NCBI GenBank assembly: GCA_014381545.1
Contig: JACNLL010000026.1
Location: 1 to 57,779 of the forward strand
Source: Candidatus Desulfaltia bathyphila
Lineage (GTDB): Bacteria; Desulfobacterota; Desulfobacteria; Desulfobacterales; ETH-SRB1
DNA length: 57,779 nucleotides
Reading direction: 5' to 3'
The position numbers and the translations under genes were made by a program. The notes beneath the pieces were generated by a model. That model was not told the origin of the DNA. It saw only the letters and a list, made by a program, of their open reading frames with translations, and ran no database searches. Positions within the stretch are counted from its first letter, which is position 1. Each line of letters opens with the position of its first letter. Below, one piece after another: positions 30,584 through 39,941 of this stretch.

Positions 30584-31375
30584 ATGTCTCAAGATTTATT
30601 TAAGCCGAAGATACTCGGTTTTTTATGTAACTGGTGCTGTTATACAGCGGCAGATTCAGCAGGGGTGGCAAGATACCAGTATCCGCCAAACATCAGAGTA
30701 ATCAGAGTAATGTGTTCAGGAAGGATTGATCCTGTCTTTATTCTTGAGGCCTTCTCCTGTGGAGCGGATGGAGTGTTTGTTGGTGGATGCCATCTCGGAG
30801 AATGTCATTACCAGACCGGAAATTATGAGGCCTTGGTAGTTGCGGCGTTAACACGCAAGTTATTGGAAAAAGCCGGACTCTCAACGGAAAGATTTCTTCT
30901 TGAATGGGCATCCGCTGCAGAGGGACCTCGCTTTGTAGAGATTATAACGAATTTCACAAATAAGATCAAAGAACTGGGCCCATTAGGAAAGACGGAAAAG
31001 AAAGATAAAGATGAATTAAGATTAAAAATATTAGCAGCAAAGTCAGCGGCAAAGCAGATGAAATTACGAACCAGGTTTGGAAATCTTGCTAAGGAACTAC
31101 GCAAGGAAGGTGATTATTCCGACAAGATCATTCATGATAAGCTGGGTCAGAAAGTAGCCGGCGTTATAAATACTGAAATTGCAAGACATGAAACATTCCT
31201 TCGGATCCAAAAAGATGGCCCGGTTTCTTTTAATGATCTGGAAAAAAAGATCGGCGCATCCCTTTCAGAAATCGAAAAATATGTCTCTACATTCAGCAAA
31301 AAAGGGTTAATAACGGAATCTGATGGGCAACTATCAGTAACCAGCAACGAGCAACAAGTAACCAGTAACCAGTAA
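30584..31375 (+). CDS. mvhD: MvhD/FlpD [2Fe-2S] subunit with a ~110-aa C-terminal extension
   Basis: GFLCNWCCY.AAD.AG, RVMCSGRID, GADGV..GGCHLGECHY, WASAAEG; ATG at 30584. Confidence 0.88.
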   Translation: MSQDLFKPKILGFLCNWCCYTAADSAGVARYQYPPNIRVIRVMCSGRIDPVFILEAFSCGADGVFVGGCHLGECHYQTGNYEALVVAALTRKLLEKAGLSTERFLLEWASAAEGPRFVEIITNFTNKIKELGPLGKTEKKDKDELRLKILAAKSAAKQMKLRTRFGNLAKELRKEGDYSDKIIHDKLGQKVAGVINTEIARHETFLRIQKDGPVSFNDLEKKIGASLSEIEKYVSTFSKKGLITESDGQLSVTSNEQQVTSNQ

Positions 31376-31382
31376 AAAAATT

Positions 31383-31961
31383 ATGGCAATAGACAGAGAT
31401 GAGTTAGAACCTCGATTCAAATTTGAAGTGGCGGAACTTCCGGAAGGTAAACATGTCAAGGAATGCTACGCGTGCGGCAGTTGTACTGGAACATGTCCGG
31501 TCAGCCAGGTGATCCCGGAATTCGATCCGCGAAAGATCCTTCATATGATCATGCTCGGCCTGAAAAACCGTCTCCTTTCATCCGATTTGATCTGGTATTG
31601 CACAGAATGCCAAACCTGTGAGTTCGTGTGTCCGCAGGATGTGAGCTTCAGCGATGTGATCAAGGCGCTGAGGATCTTGGCCTTGCAGGACGGCTATGTG
31701 GATGCGGAAAGATTGGGTGAAATGGGAAAATTGGCTGTTGTAGACGAAAAACGTTGCGTAGCCTGCCTCACGTGTGTTCGGGTGTGCCCTTTTGGTGTTC
31801 CCTATGTGGGGGATGATAGTGTCGCCCATATTGAACCGGTAAAGTGTGTGGCCTGCGGGATCTGTGTGTCCGAGTGCCCGGCCAAGGCTATTGAATTACA
31901 GACATCTCAAGATGTGAGGCGGTTTGCCTCGTGTGAATTTTTGCTCTCGAGGGAATTATGA
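31383..31961 (+). CDS. hdrC: HdrC-like Fe-S protein fused to a C-terminal 2x[4Fe-4S] ferredoxin
   Basis: CYACGSCTGTCP, PRKI, IWYCTECQTC..VCPQDV; then CVACLTCVRVCP and CVACGICVSECPAKAI. Confidence 0.8.
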   Translation: MAIDRDELEPRFKFEVAELPEGKHVKECYACGSCTGTCPVSQVIPEFDPRKILHMIMLGLKNRLLSSDLIWYCTECQTCEFVCPQDVSFSDVIKALRILALQDGYVDAERLGEMGKLAVVDEKRCVACLTCVRVCPFGVPYVGDDSVAHIEPVKCVACGICVSECPAKAIELQTSQDVRRFASCEFLLSREL

Positions 31962-32377
31962 ATGATGTGAACCAACCGGATATTGTGGCGTTTTGCTGCC
32001 ATTATACCGCCTATGCATGCTCCCAGGATTTGCAGAACTTACCTCAGTTGGGGTTTCCGGAGAATGTGCGACTGGAAATACTGCCCTGCAGCGGCAGGAT
32101 CAGCATAACCAGGCTATTAAAGGCCTTTGAACAGGGCGCAGACGGAATTTACGTTGCCGGATGCAAGGACGATACCTGCCACAATGTAAGAGGGAGTCAG
32201 ATTGCAAAAAAAAGAGTCGATTACGTGAAAGATGTTTTCGACCAATTGAATATAGAACCTGAACGCATAGAGATGTATATGATTTCTCGCGAGCCGAATC
32301 GCGGATTTATTGAAGTAGCCGAAGAGATGACTATGCGGATTAAAAAGTTAGGATCAAGTCCATTAAAGGGGAAATAG
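31958..32377 (+). CDS. mvhD: Second MvhD/FlpD subunit (divergent)
   Basis: VAFCCHY, LPCSGRI, AFEQGADGIYVAGC..TCH..GS, IEPERIEM; ATGA overlap with the upstream gene. Confidence 0.82.
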   Translation: MNDVNQPDIVAFCCHYTAYACSQDLQNLPQLGFPENVRLEILPCSGRISITRLLKAFEQGADGIYVAGCKDDTCHNVRGSQIAKKRVDYVKDVFDQLNIEPERIEMYMISREPNRGFIEVAEEMTMRIKKLGSSPLKGK

Positions 32378-32380
32378 AAT

Positions 32381-33049
32381 ATGATTGTCGGACAGAGAAA
32401 ACCGATCCAGGAAATTATCGGAATGCTGAAAGGGATTAAAAAGATATTAATCCTGGGATGTAGCGGATGTGTGAGCGTCTGTTCCGCCGGAGGAGAAAAG
32501 GAGGTCGAGATCCTTGCCTTGATCCTTCGGATTGACCGCAAAAAAAAAGGAGAACCTGTTGAAACAATGGAAAAGACTCTTGCCCGGCAGTGTGATACGG
32601 AATATCTGGAAGAATTAAAAGGTGAGGCGGGCAACTACGATGCCATTCTATCGATGGCCTGTGGCGTCGGGGTCAATTATTTAGCTGATATGTACCCCAC
32701 AACTCTGGTTTTCCCAGCGCTTAATACCAGTTTTATGGGCGTTTCAGAGGAACAGGGGGTGTGGTCGGAACGGTGCGCGGGCTGCGGCGACTGTGTGCTC
32801 GACAGGACTGGGGGGCTTTGTCCCATTGCCCGGTGTTCAAAACGTTTATTCAATGGCCCATGTGGAGGATCACAGAACGGGAAATGCGAGATTGACCCGA
32901 ATGTCGCCTGCGTGTGGCAGTTGATATATGATCGTTTGAAGGGATTAAATCAATTGGAAAAACTGAAGGAGATCTTTCCCATCAAGGATTGGTCCAGCAG
33001 TCTACACGGCGGTCCCAGAAAGATCGTCAGGGAGGATCTGAAGCTATGA
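32381..33049 (+). CDS. metV: Methylene-THF reductase small subunit (MTHFR_C)
   Basis: GCSGCVSVC..GG, RQCD.EY, MACGVG, CAGCGDC, CPIARCSK..FNGPCGG, CVWQLIY. Confidence 0.9.
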   Translation: MIVGQRKPIQEIIGMLKGIKKILILGCSGCVSVCSAGGEKEVEILALILRIDRKKKGEPVETMEKTLARQCDTEYLEELKGEAGNYDAILSMACGVGVNYLADMYPTTLVFPALNTSFMGVSEEQGVWSERCAGCGDCVLDRTGGLCPIARCSKRLFNGPCGGSQNGKCEIDPNVACVWQLIYDRLKGLNQLEKLKEIFPIKDWSSSLHGGPRKIVREDLKL

Positions 33050-33975
33050 AATCAGGCAGTAACTTGGAAAAGGTGTTAACATCCGGGCAGTTTGCCGTAA
33101 CAGGAGAACTGGGTCCTCCCAAAAATGCCGATGCTGAAGTCATTCGTACCAAGGCAAGACTTCTAAAAGGTTGCGTTGACGCGGTCAATATTACTGACTG
33201 TCAAACCGCTATTGTCAGGATGTCGAGTATCGCGTCATCCGTTATACTGATGGAGGAAGGATTAGAGCCCGTCACGCAGATGACCTGTAGGGACCGGAAT
33301 CGTATTGCCATTCAGAGCGATCTCCTTGGCGCTTCTGCTCTGGGAATGAAGAATTTACTCTGTCTCACCGGTGACCACCACAAGTTCGGAAACCACCCAA
33401 ACGCTGTCGGTGTCTTTGATATGGATTCTATTCAGCTCCTGCAGATGGTAAAAAACATGCGCGACGAAAAGGTCTTTCAATGCGGAGAAGAACTCAAAGG
33501 GACGGAACCGACGTTCTTTCTGGGAGCTGCCGCCAATCCCTTTGCAGATCCGTTTGAATTCAGGGCTCTCCGCCTGGCAAAAAAGGTCGTCGCAGGCGCA
33601 CAGTTTGTTCAGACACAGCTTGTGTATAACCTCGAAAGGTTTACCGCATGGATGCAGGCAGTCAGGGCTTTAGGGGTCCATGAGCAATGTTACATAATGG
33701 CGGGAGTGACTCCTCCCAAATCGATCGGAATGGCCAAGTACATGAAAAATAACGTGCCGGGCCTTGATGTCCCTGACGAGGTGATAGTCCGTCTTAAGGG
33801 CGCCAGGGATGCCAAAAAGGATGTGCAGGAAGAGGGAATCAATATTTGTGTAGATATTATTAACAGGGTAAAAGAGATAGAAGGTGTGGCCGGTGTACAT
33901 ATCATGGCGATAGAATGGGAGAGCGCCGTACCGGAGATAGCGAAGCGAGCCGACTTGCTTCCGAGGCCGGGATGA
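33046..33975 (+). CDS. metF: Methylene-THF reductase
   Basis: VTGELGPPK, NITD.QTA.VRMSS, TCRDRNRIA.QSD, LTGDH, FVQTQ, GVHIM. Confidence 0.93.
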   Translation: MKSGSNLEKVLTSGQFAVTGELGPPKNADAEVIRTKARLLKGCVDAVNITDCQTAIVRMSSIASSVILMEEGLEPVTQMTCRDRNRIAIQSDLLGASALGMKNLLCLTGDHHKFGNHPNAVGVFDMDSIQLLQMVKNMRDEKVFQCGEELKGTEPTFFLGAAANPFADPFEFRALRLAKKVVAGAQFVQTQLVYNLERFTAWMQAVRALGVHEQCYIMAGVTPPKSIGMAKYMKNNVPGLDVPDEVIVRLKGARDAKKDVQEEGINICVDIINRVKEIEGVAGVHIMAIEWESAVPEIAKRADLLPRPG

Positions 33976-33984
33976 TAAAGCGTG

Positions 33985-34161
33985 GAGTGCCTAAAGTGAG
34001 CTAAAGTATATTAAAGTGCCTAAAGTTAAGGTATTCTGCTTATTTTAAAGTAACAAATGATAAATGAGCTAAAGTTTCCTAAATTTTGCTATTTATAATA
34101 TAAAATCAGCTAACGCTGGCAAGCGCTTTCCTTAACTTTAGGCACTTTAGCTCACTTAACT
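33985..34161. repeat. Inverted 9/10-mer array element between metF and acsD
   Basis: TAAAGTGCCTAAAGTTAAGG (34012-34031) is the exact reverse complement of CCTTAACTTTAGGCACTTTA (34130-34149); extra ctaaagt units on both sides. Confidence 0.8.
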
Positions 34162-34178
34162 CAGAGGGGGTAAATAAA

Positions 34179-35135
34179 TTGGCCGTAGAAATACCTAAGG
34201 TTGCTTATGCCGGAAAGATAAAAGAGATTCCGTTGGGACGTGAAGGGAATACCATAACCGTAGGTGGCGAGTCGTGTTATCCGTTTCATCTGTTCGAAGG
34301 CGCTATGCCGCATCCTCCGAAAATAGCGATGGAGGTGTATGACAGGGCGCCTGAAGATTGGCCTGATACAGCGCTGGAACCGTTTGCCGATGTTGCAGGC
34401 GATCCTGCGGCATGGGCTCGTAAATGTATCGATACCTATGGGGCTGAAATGATAGCGCTGCAACTGGCAAGCACCGATCCGAACGCTGAGAACATACCGG
34501 CTGACGAGGCCGCCGCGATTACAAAAAAAGTCTCCGATGCGGTGGATGTTCCTTTGATTGTTTTTGGAACTTCAAATGTTGATAAGGATACCGAGGTATT
34601 AAAGGCGGTTTGTGAGGCGTGCGAGGGGAAAAATCTGATTATAGGGCCTCTATCAGAAGGGAACTATCGGGCGATCGGAGCCACGGCAATCGGTTATAAA
34701 CATACTGTTATGGCTTCCACACCAATCGACATAAATCTGGCAAAACAGCTCAATATCCTTTTGGGGAACTTGAATGTTCCTGACGATAAGATCATTATTG
34801 ATCCGACGACCGGCGCTCTTGGATACGGGCTGGAGTATTGTTACAGCGTCATGGAACGAATCCGAATGGCCGCGCTTGTTCAGGAAGACGAAAGACTCCA
34901 ATTTCCAATCCTTGCTAATCTTGCCAAAGAGGTATGGAAGATAAAAGAGGTAAAGTTGAGTGAAACAGAGGCTCCGCTTTTAGGAGATCAAAAAAAGAGA
35001 GGTATATTGATGGAGGCCATGACAGCTCAGTGTGTGCTCCTTGCAGGAGCTGATATCCTGGTAATGAGGCACCCTGAAGCTATTAATTTAGTAAAAGAAT
35101 CGATTCAAGATTTGATGATCAGAGGAGAGGGTTAA
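34179..35135 (+). CDS. acsD: Corrinoid Fe-S protein small subunit
   Basis: VGGE..YPFHLFEG, STDPN, PIDINLAKQLNI, IDPTTGALGYGLEY, MRHP; TTG start after GAGGGGG. Confidence 0.93.
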   Translation: MAVEIPKVAYAGKIKEIPLGREGNTITVGGESCYPFHLFEGAMPHPPKIAMEVYDRAPEDWPDTALEPFADVAGDPAAWARKCIDTYGAEMIALQLASTDPNAENIPADEAAAITKKVSDAVDVPLIVFGTSNVDKDTEVLKAVCEACEGKNLIIGPLSEGNYRAIGATAIGYKHTVMASTPIDINLAKQLNILLGNLNVPDDKIIIDPTTGALGYGLEYCYSVMERIRMAALVQEDERLQFPILANLAKEVWKIKEVKLSETEAPLLGDQKKRGILMEAMTAQCVLLAGADILVMRHPEAINLVKESIQDLMIRGEG

Positions 35136-35137
35136 TC

Positions 35138-37342
35138 GTGTCTAAGATAATTTGTTCCGCAGCCATTCGAGGCGCCCACAAGATTGTGGGTACGGCAGAG
35201 GCAAAGTGCGAGGCGGCATTAAAAAAGTGGGGGCCTGTTCAAGAGCTCGGATTTCCGAACACCACCTATTATCTCCCGATTATTTACGGGATACTCGGCA
35301 TTCCAGTAAAGACACTGGGGGATGCAAAGGGCGTGCTTGACAAGTGCAAGGAACTCCTTCCGGCGCAGGTGAGCGATAATGTCTGGCTTCCCTATCTGGC
35401 TCCTGCACTGGAAGCCGGCATGGCCACCTTTTTTGCAGAAGAGATCGTTGAGGCAATACGATATTTGGAAGAACCAAATTGTTATACACAGGGAGAAAAC
35501 CCTCTCCCTGATAATATATGGCTTGGAGCCGCGGACGACGTTATCATGCGAAAACGTGGTGTGGAATTTGTTGACGGGACAGCTCCGGGGTTTGCCGCCA
35601 TATTAGGCGCTGCGCCGACCTCTGAGATTGCGGCAAAAATAGCAATAGAGCTTCAAGAAAAGAATCTGTACGTCTTTATGTGTGCCGACCACGAAGGAAA
35701 GACCATGTCTGAGCAACTGGTAGAGGCCGGTGTTCAGATAGGCTGGCCCACCCGTCTGGTCTCTTTTGGGCCGAGTTATACGGCAACTGTATTTGCTATG
35801 GGGTTTGCGACGCGCGCCGCTATGTCCTTTGGCGGCGTTAAACCCGGAGATTTTGCAGCAAACCTACATTATAACAAAGACAGGATTTTTGCCTTCGCAA
35901 TGCCGCTTGGGACCGTAATCGATGAATGGTATGCCAATGCGGCCGGAGCCATCAACTGGGGGTTTCCCACCATAGCCGACACACCGATTCCCGAGATCCT
36001 GCCGACCGGGATCTGTACCTATGAGCATGTGGTCAGCAATATTCCGCACGATCAGATAGTCGCCAGGGCTATTGAAGTTCGCGGGTTGAAGGTAACTATC
36101 AGTAAGGTAGATATCCCCATGTCTTACGGACCTGCTTTTGAGGGAGAGCGTATCAGAAAGGACGATCTCTACTTTGAATGCGGCGGCGGGAGGACACTTG
36201 GAGTTGAGCTGACCGTTTCAAAGGATATGTCCGAGGTGGAGGACGGAAAGATTGAAATGGTCGGTCCTGATCTGGATCAGATTAAAGAAGGAGCCAAGCT
36301 CCCGTTTGCCATGCTGATCGAGGTAGCCGGTCGGCAGATGCAGCCGGACTTTGAGCCGATCCTAGAGCGCCAGGTCCATCACCTGGTTAATTATGTTCAG
36401 GGGATAATGCATATCGGACAGAGGAACATAATGTGGATCCGGGTGGGGAAGGCGGCTGTTGAAAAAGGACTTTTGCTAAAACATTTAGGCAAGGTAATGC
36501 ATGCAAAGTACCATCAGGATTTCGGGAATATTATCGATAAGGTGCAGATAAAGATCTACACAGATGAAGAGAGAGTCAAAGAAATCCTGGAAATGGCAAA
36601 GAAGGTGTATAGACAGAGAGATAAGCGGGTTGAGGGTATGACCGACGAAACAGAAGAGACCTACTATTCATGTACCCTGTGTCAGTCGTTCGCTCCAAGC
36701 CATGTCTGCATAATTACCCCTGAACGCACAGGGATGTGCGGTGCTTATAACTGGCTTGACTGTAAGGTTTCTTTTGAGATCAATCCTACTGGCCCGAATC
36801 AGCCGATAGAAAAGGGAGAATGTATCGATCCGGCAATGGGCCAGTGGAAAGGGATTACCGATTTTGTATTCAAGGCCTCGCGCCAGAAAATAGAGCAGGT
36901 AAGCGCTTACAGCTTGATGAATTTTCCAATGACGGCATGTGGGTGCTTTGAGTGTGTAGCTACAATCCTCCCCATGTGTAATGGCATTATGGTGGTAAGT
37001 AGAGATTTTATGGGGATGACGCCATGCGGGATGAAGTTTACCACTCTGGCCGGGATGGTAGGCGGTGGAAACCAGACACCCGGCTTTCTTGGTGTAAGTA
37101 AGCATTATATTTGCAGCAGGAAGTTCCTGATAGCTGAAGGAGGCTTAAAGCGTGTGGTATGGCTTCCCAAGATGTTAAAAGAAGAAATCGCCGAACGGAT
37201 AAAGCCGATATGCGAAGAAATGGGGATTCCAAATTTCCCTGAGATGATAGCCGATGATACAATCGGAACCACGGAAGAGGAGATCCTCCCGTTTCTCGAA
37301 GAAAAAGGGCATCCTGCTCTTACCATGGATCCGTTGATGTAA
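35138..37342 (+). CDS. acsB: Acetyl-CoA synthase
   Basis: FPNT.YYLP, GVEFVDG.APG, GPAFEGERIR, YSCTLCQSFAP.HVC, MTACGCFEC, GMKFTTLAG. Confidence 0.97.
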   Translation: MSKIICSAAIRGAHKIVGTAEAKCEAALKKWGPVQELGFPNTTYYLPIIYGILGIPVKTLGDAKGVLDKCKELLPAQVSDNVWLPYLAPALEAGMATFFAEEIVEAIRYLEEPNCYTQGENPLPDNIWLGAADDVIMRKRGVEFVDGTAPGFAAILGAAPTSEIAAKIAIELQEKNLYVFMCADHEGKTMSEQLVEAGVQIGWPTRLVSFGPSYTATVFAMGFATRAAMSFGGVKPGDFAANLHYNKDRIFAFAMPLGTVIDEWYANAAGAINWGFPTIADTPIPEILPTGICTYEHVVSNIPHDQIVARAIEVRGLKVTISKVDIPMSYGPAFEGERIRKDDLYFECGGGRTLGVELTVSKDMSEVEDGKIEMVGPDLDQIKEGAKLPFAMLIEVAGRQMQPDFEPILERQVHHLVNYVQGIMHIGQRNIMWIRVGKAAVEKGLLLKHLGKVMHAKYHQDFGNIIDKVQIKIYTDEERVKEILEMAKKVYRQRDKRVEGMTDETEETYYSCTLCQSFAPSHVCIITPERTGMCGAYNWLDCKVSFEINPTGPNQPIEKGECIDPAMGQWKGITDFVFKASRQKIEQVSAYSLMNFPMTACGCFECVATILPMCNGIMVVSRDFMGMTPCGMKFTTLAGMVGGGNQTPGFLGVSKHYICSRKFLIAEGGLKRVVWLPKMLKEEIAERIKPICEEMGIPNFPEMIADDTIGTTEEEILPFLEEKGHPALTMDPLM

Positions 37343-37402
37343 GGGAATTGAGGAATTTAGGGATTGGATGATTAGTCCAATCAATAAGGAGAAGAAACAG
37401 TT

Positions 37403-38749
37403 ATGGGACTTTCGGGAATAGAGATATTTAAAAAACTACCAAAGACAAATTGCGGCAAGTGCGGGGTTCCTACCTGCCTGGCTTTTGCCATGAAGTTGGC
37501 TACGGGTAAGGCTGAACTTGACGCGTGCCCGGATTTGTCCGAAGATGTAAAAGAAGAACTCGGGGAGGCCTCGGCTCCTCCTGTGAGAACAGTGGTTATC
37601 GGTACAGGTGAACGCGCGGTAAAACTGGGCGGGGAAACAGTGCTATTCCGCCATGAGAAGCGGTTTGAAAATCCTCCCGCATTTACTCTTCTCCTTTCGG
37701 ATAAGATGGATGAAGCTGAAATTTCGGCTAAACTAACCAAGTTTAAGGATACCACCTATGAACGCGTCGGCATTGTGTTGCAGCCTGCAATGGTTGCCGT
37801 CAAAGGAGAATGCAAAGATACTTCCGGATTTATGGCGCTGGTTGAAAATGTCTGTAACAATACAGATGCAGGACTGGTGTTAATGAACGAAGATGTGGAT
37901 GCTCTTTCTCGGGCTGTCAAAAGCTGTTCAAACAGAAAACCGCTCATTTATGCCGCTACCAGGAAAAATGCGGAAACATTGGGAAACCTTGCCAAAGAAC
38001 TTTCATGCCCGTTGGCGGTTAAAGGGAATAGCTTGGAAGAGCTGGCAGAAATCTCTGAAAAACTTATCAAAATGGGGCTTAAGGATCTGGTTCTTGATTC
38101 AGGAGCAAGAACTGCCGGAAAGTCTATGGAAGATCAGATTATTATCCGGAGATCCGCATTGATGAAAAAATTTAAGCCGTTTGGATTTCCTACGATTGTC
38201 TTTCCGTGCGAAATGACGGACAACCCGATGAAAGAGGCGATGATTGCCTGTCAGATGATTGTAAAATACGGCAGTATTATTATTCTCTCTGAAATGAAAG
38301 GCCACAGCATCTTCCCGCTTCTCCTTGCAAGTATGAATATCTTTACGGATCCGCAAAGACCTATGGCTGTGGAACAGAAGATTTATGAGATCGGCGCTAC
38401 AGATGAAAATTCACCTGTTCTTATCACAGGGAATTTTTCTCTTACCTATTTTATTGTTTCAGGGGAAGTCGATGCGAGCCATGTTCCATCCTATTTATTG
38501 ATCAAGGACACAGAGGGCCTTTCGGTCTTAACCGCATGGGCTGCCGGCAAATTCGGAGCAGACACCATTGCGCCATTTGTAAAGAAATGCGGTATTGAGG
38601 AAAAGGTCAAACATCGCAAACTGGTAATTCCGGGTTATCTTGCAACGATTAGCGGAGAGTTGGAAGAAGAGCTCCCGGATTGGCAAATTCTCATCGGGCC
38701 GAGAGAGGCAAGCCATCTGCCGGCATATTTGAAGCAGTGGAACGCGTGA
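37403..38749 (+). CDS. acsC: Corrinoid Fe-S protein large subunit
   Basis: LPKTNCGKCGVPTCLAFA..CP, GGETVLFRHEK, IFTDPQRP, NFSLTYF, GLSVLTAWAAGKF. Confidence 0.96.
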   Translation: MGLSGIEIFKKLPKTNCGKCGVPTCLAFAMKLATGKAELDACPDLSEDVKEELGEASAPPVRTVVIGTGERAVKLGGETVLFRHEKRFENPPAFTLLLSDKMDEAEISAKLTKFKDTTYERVGIVLQPAMVAVKGECKDTSGFMALVENVCNNTDAGLVLMNEDVDALSRAVKSCSNRKPLIYAATRKNAETLGNLAKELSCPLAVKGNSLEELAEISEKLIKMGLKDLVLDSGARTAGKSMEDQIIIRRSALMKKFKPFGFPTIVFPCEMTDNPMKEAMIACQMIVKYGSIIILSEMKGHSIFPLLLASMNIFTDPQRPMAVEQKIYEIGATDENSPVLITGNFSLTYFIVSGEVDASHVPSYLLIKDTEGLSVLTAWAAGKFGADTIAPFVKKCGIEEKVKHRKLVIPGYLATISGELEEELPDWQILIGPREASHLPAYLKQWNA

Positions 38750-38780
38750 AAACAATTTTGAGCTTTTAATTCTTAATTTT

Positions 38781-38969
38781 GATGGTCTCGTAAAAAGTCT
38801 TTTGTGAACGGCTTTGAGCATTTTGGGAAAAAAGCAATTGAGATGTTCATCGTCAAGAAATGCAAGCTGTTTGAGGCCGTCAGGCCGAGTTCTTGCATTT
38901 TAGATGAACATTTCAATTGCGCCCAAAATGGTCATGAAGTGAACAAAATCGACTTTTTACGAGTTCATC
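38781..38969. mobile_element. MITE-like element with terminal inverted repeats and a 6-bp direct flank (AATTTT)
   Basis: GATGGTCTCGTAAAAAGTC ... GACTTTTTACGAGTTCATC; AATTTT on both sides; interior folds as a long hairpin. Confidence 0.8.
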
Positions 38970-39026
38970 AATTTTAAATTAATTAAAAATTCAACATTTA
39001 ACATTTAACATTGGAGCGAAACGACT

Positions 39027-39911
39027 ATGGTAATCTGTGTTGCAGAAAATATTAATATTATGTCAAAGACACTCGGGCCTGCAATGAAAGAGAGGAATGC
39101 CGGTCCGATTCAGGATATGGCAAGAACTCTGACGAAAAACGGCGCTGACTATCTTGATCTGAATATCGGACCCGCCAGAAAAGGCGGCGATGAGCTGATG
39201 GATTGGCTGGTTAAGACAGTTCGAGAAACAACCGATCTTCCTTTTTCACTTGATACAACGAATCCGGTTGCCATGGAAGCAGGATTAAAGGCAAACATAA
39301 AAGGGAAATCATTGATAAACTCTATTTCGCTTCAGCCTGAGCGATTGGAAAAAGGGCTTCCGATGATAACCAGGTATAATACGGACGTTATAGGACTTCT
39401 GTGGGGAAAAGATGGAATGCCGCGGGATGCCGATGAGCGGGCTGCTATGGCAGTCGATTTTATTTACCAGGCAAATGAGGCGAGAATTTCCACTTCAAAC
39501 ATCTGGATCGATCCGATTGCAACACCTATATGCGTTGATGCAAATCAGGTTTTGGCTGGTCTGGAATTCATGAGCATGTTGGGTGAAATAGCGCCTGAAG
39601 CCAAATCGATTGTAGGGCTTTCCAATGTTTCCAACGGCGCTCCGGAGAATCTCCGTCCATATCTGAATCGCACCTATTTAATGATGCTTATGAAATATGA
39701 TATCTATTCTGCAATTGTCGATGGGTTTGACAAAGAGCTGCTCGCGATTGCCGGTGGCGAAAGACCTGAACATGTTAAATTAGTGCATGACATCATGGAC
39801 GGAAACAAACCTGACCCTGCATCCCTTGGACAAACCGAATTGGAATATTACAAAACTACGCGTGTTCTCATGGGTAAGGTTCTCTATTCACATTCGTGGC
39901 TAACCACTTAG
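39027..39911 (+). CDS. acsE: Methyl-THF:corrinoid Fe-S protein methyltransferase
   Basis: AENINIM, YLDLNIGP, SLDTTN, INSIS, IDP, GLSNVSNG; pterin-binding fold, directly after acsC. Confidence 0.88.
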   Translation: MVICVAENINIMSKTLGPAMKERNAGPIQDMARTLTKNGADYLDLNIGPARKGGDELMDWLVKTVRETTDLPFSLDTTNPVAMEAGLKANIKGKSLINSISLQPERLEKGLPMITRYNTDVIGLLWGKDGMPRDADERAAMAVDFIYQANEARISTSNIWIDPIATPICVDANQVLAGLEFMSMLGEIAPEAKSIVGLSNVSNGAPENLRPYLNRTYLMMLMKYDIYSAIVDGFDKELLAIAGGERPEHVKLVHDIMDGNKPDPASLGQTELEYYKTTRVLMGKVLYSHSWLTT

Positions 39912-39941
39912 GATTGATGATTGTCAATCAACAATCACAAA

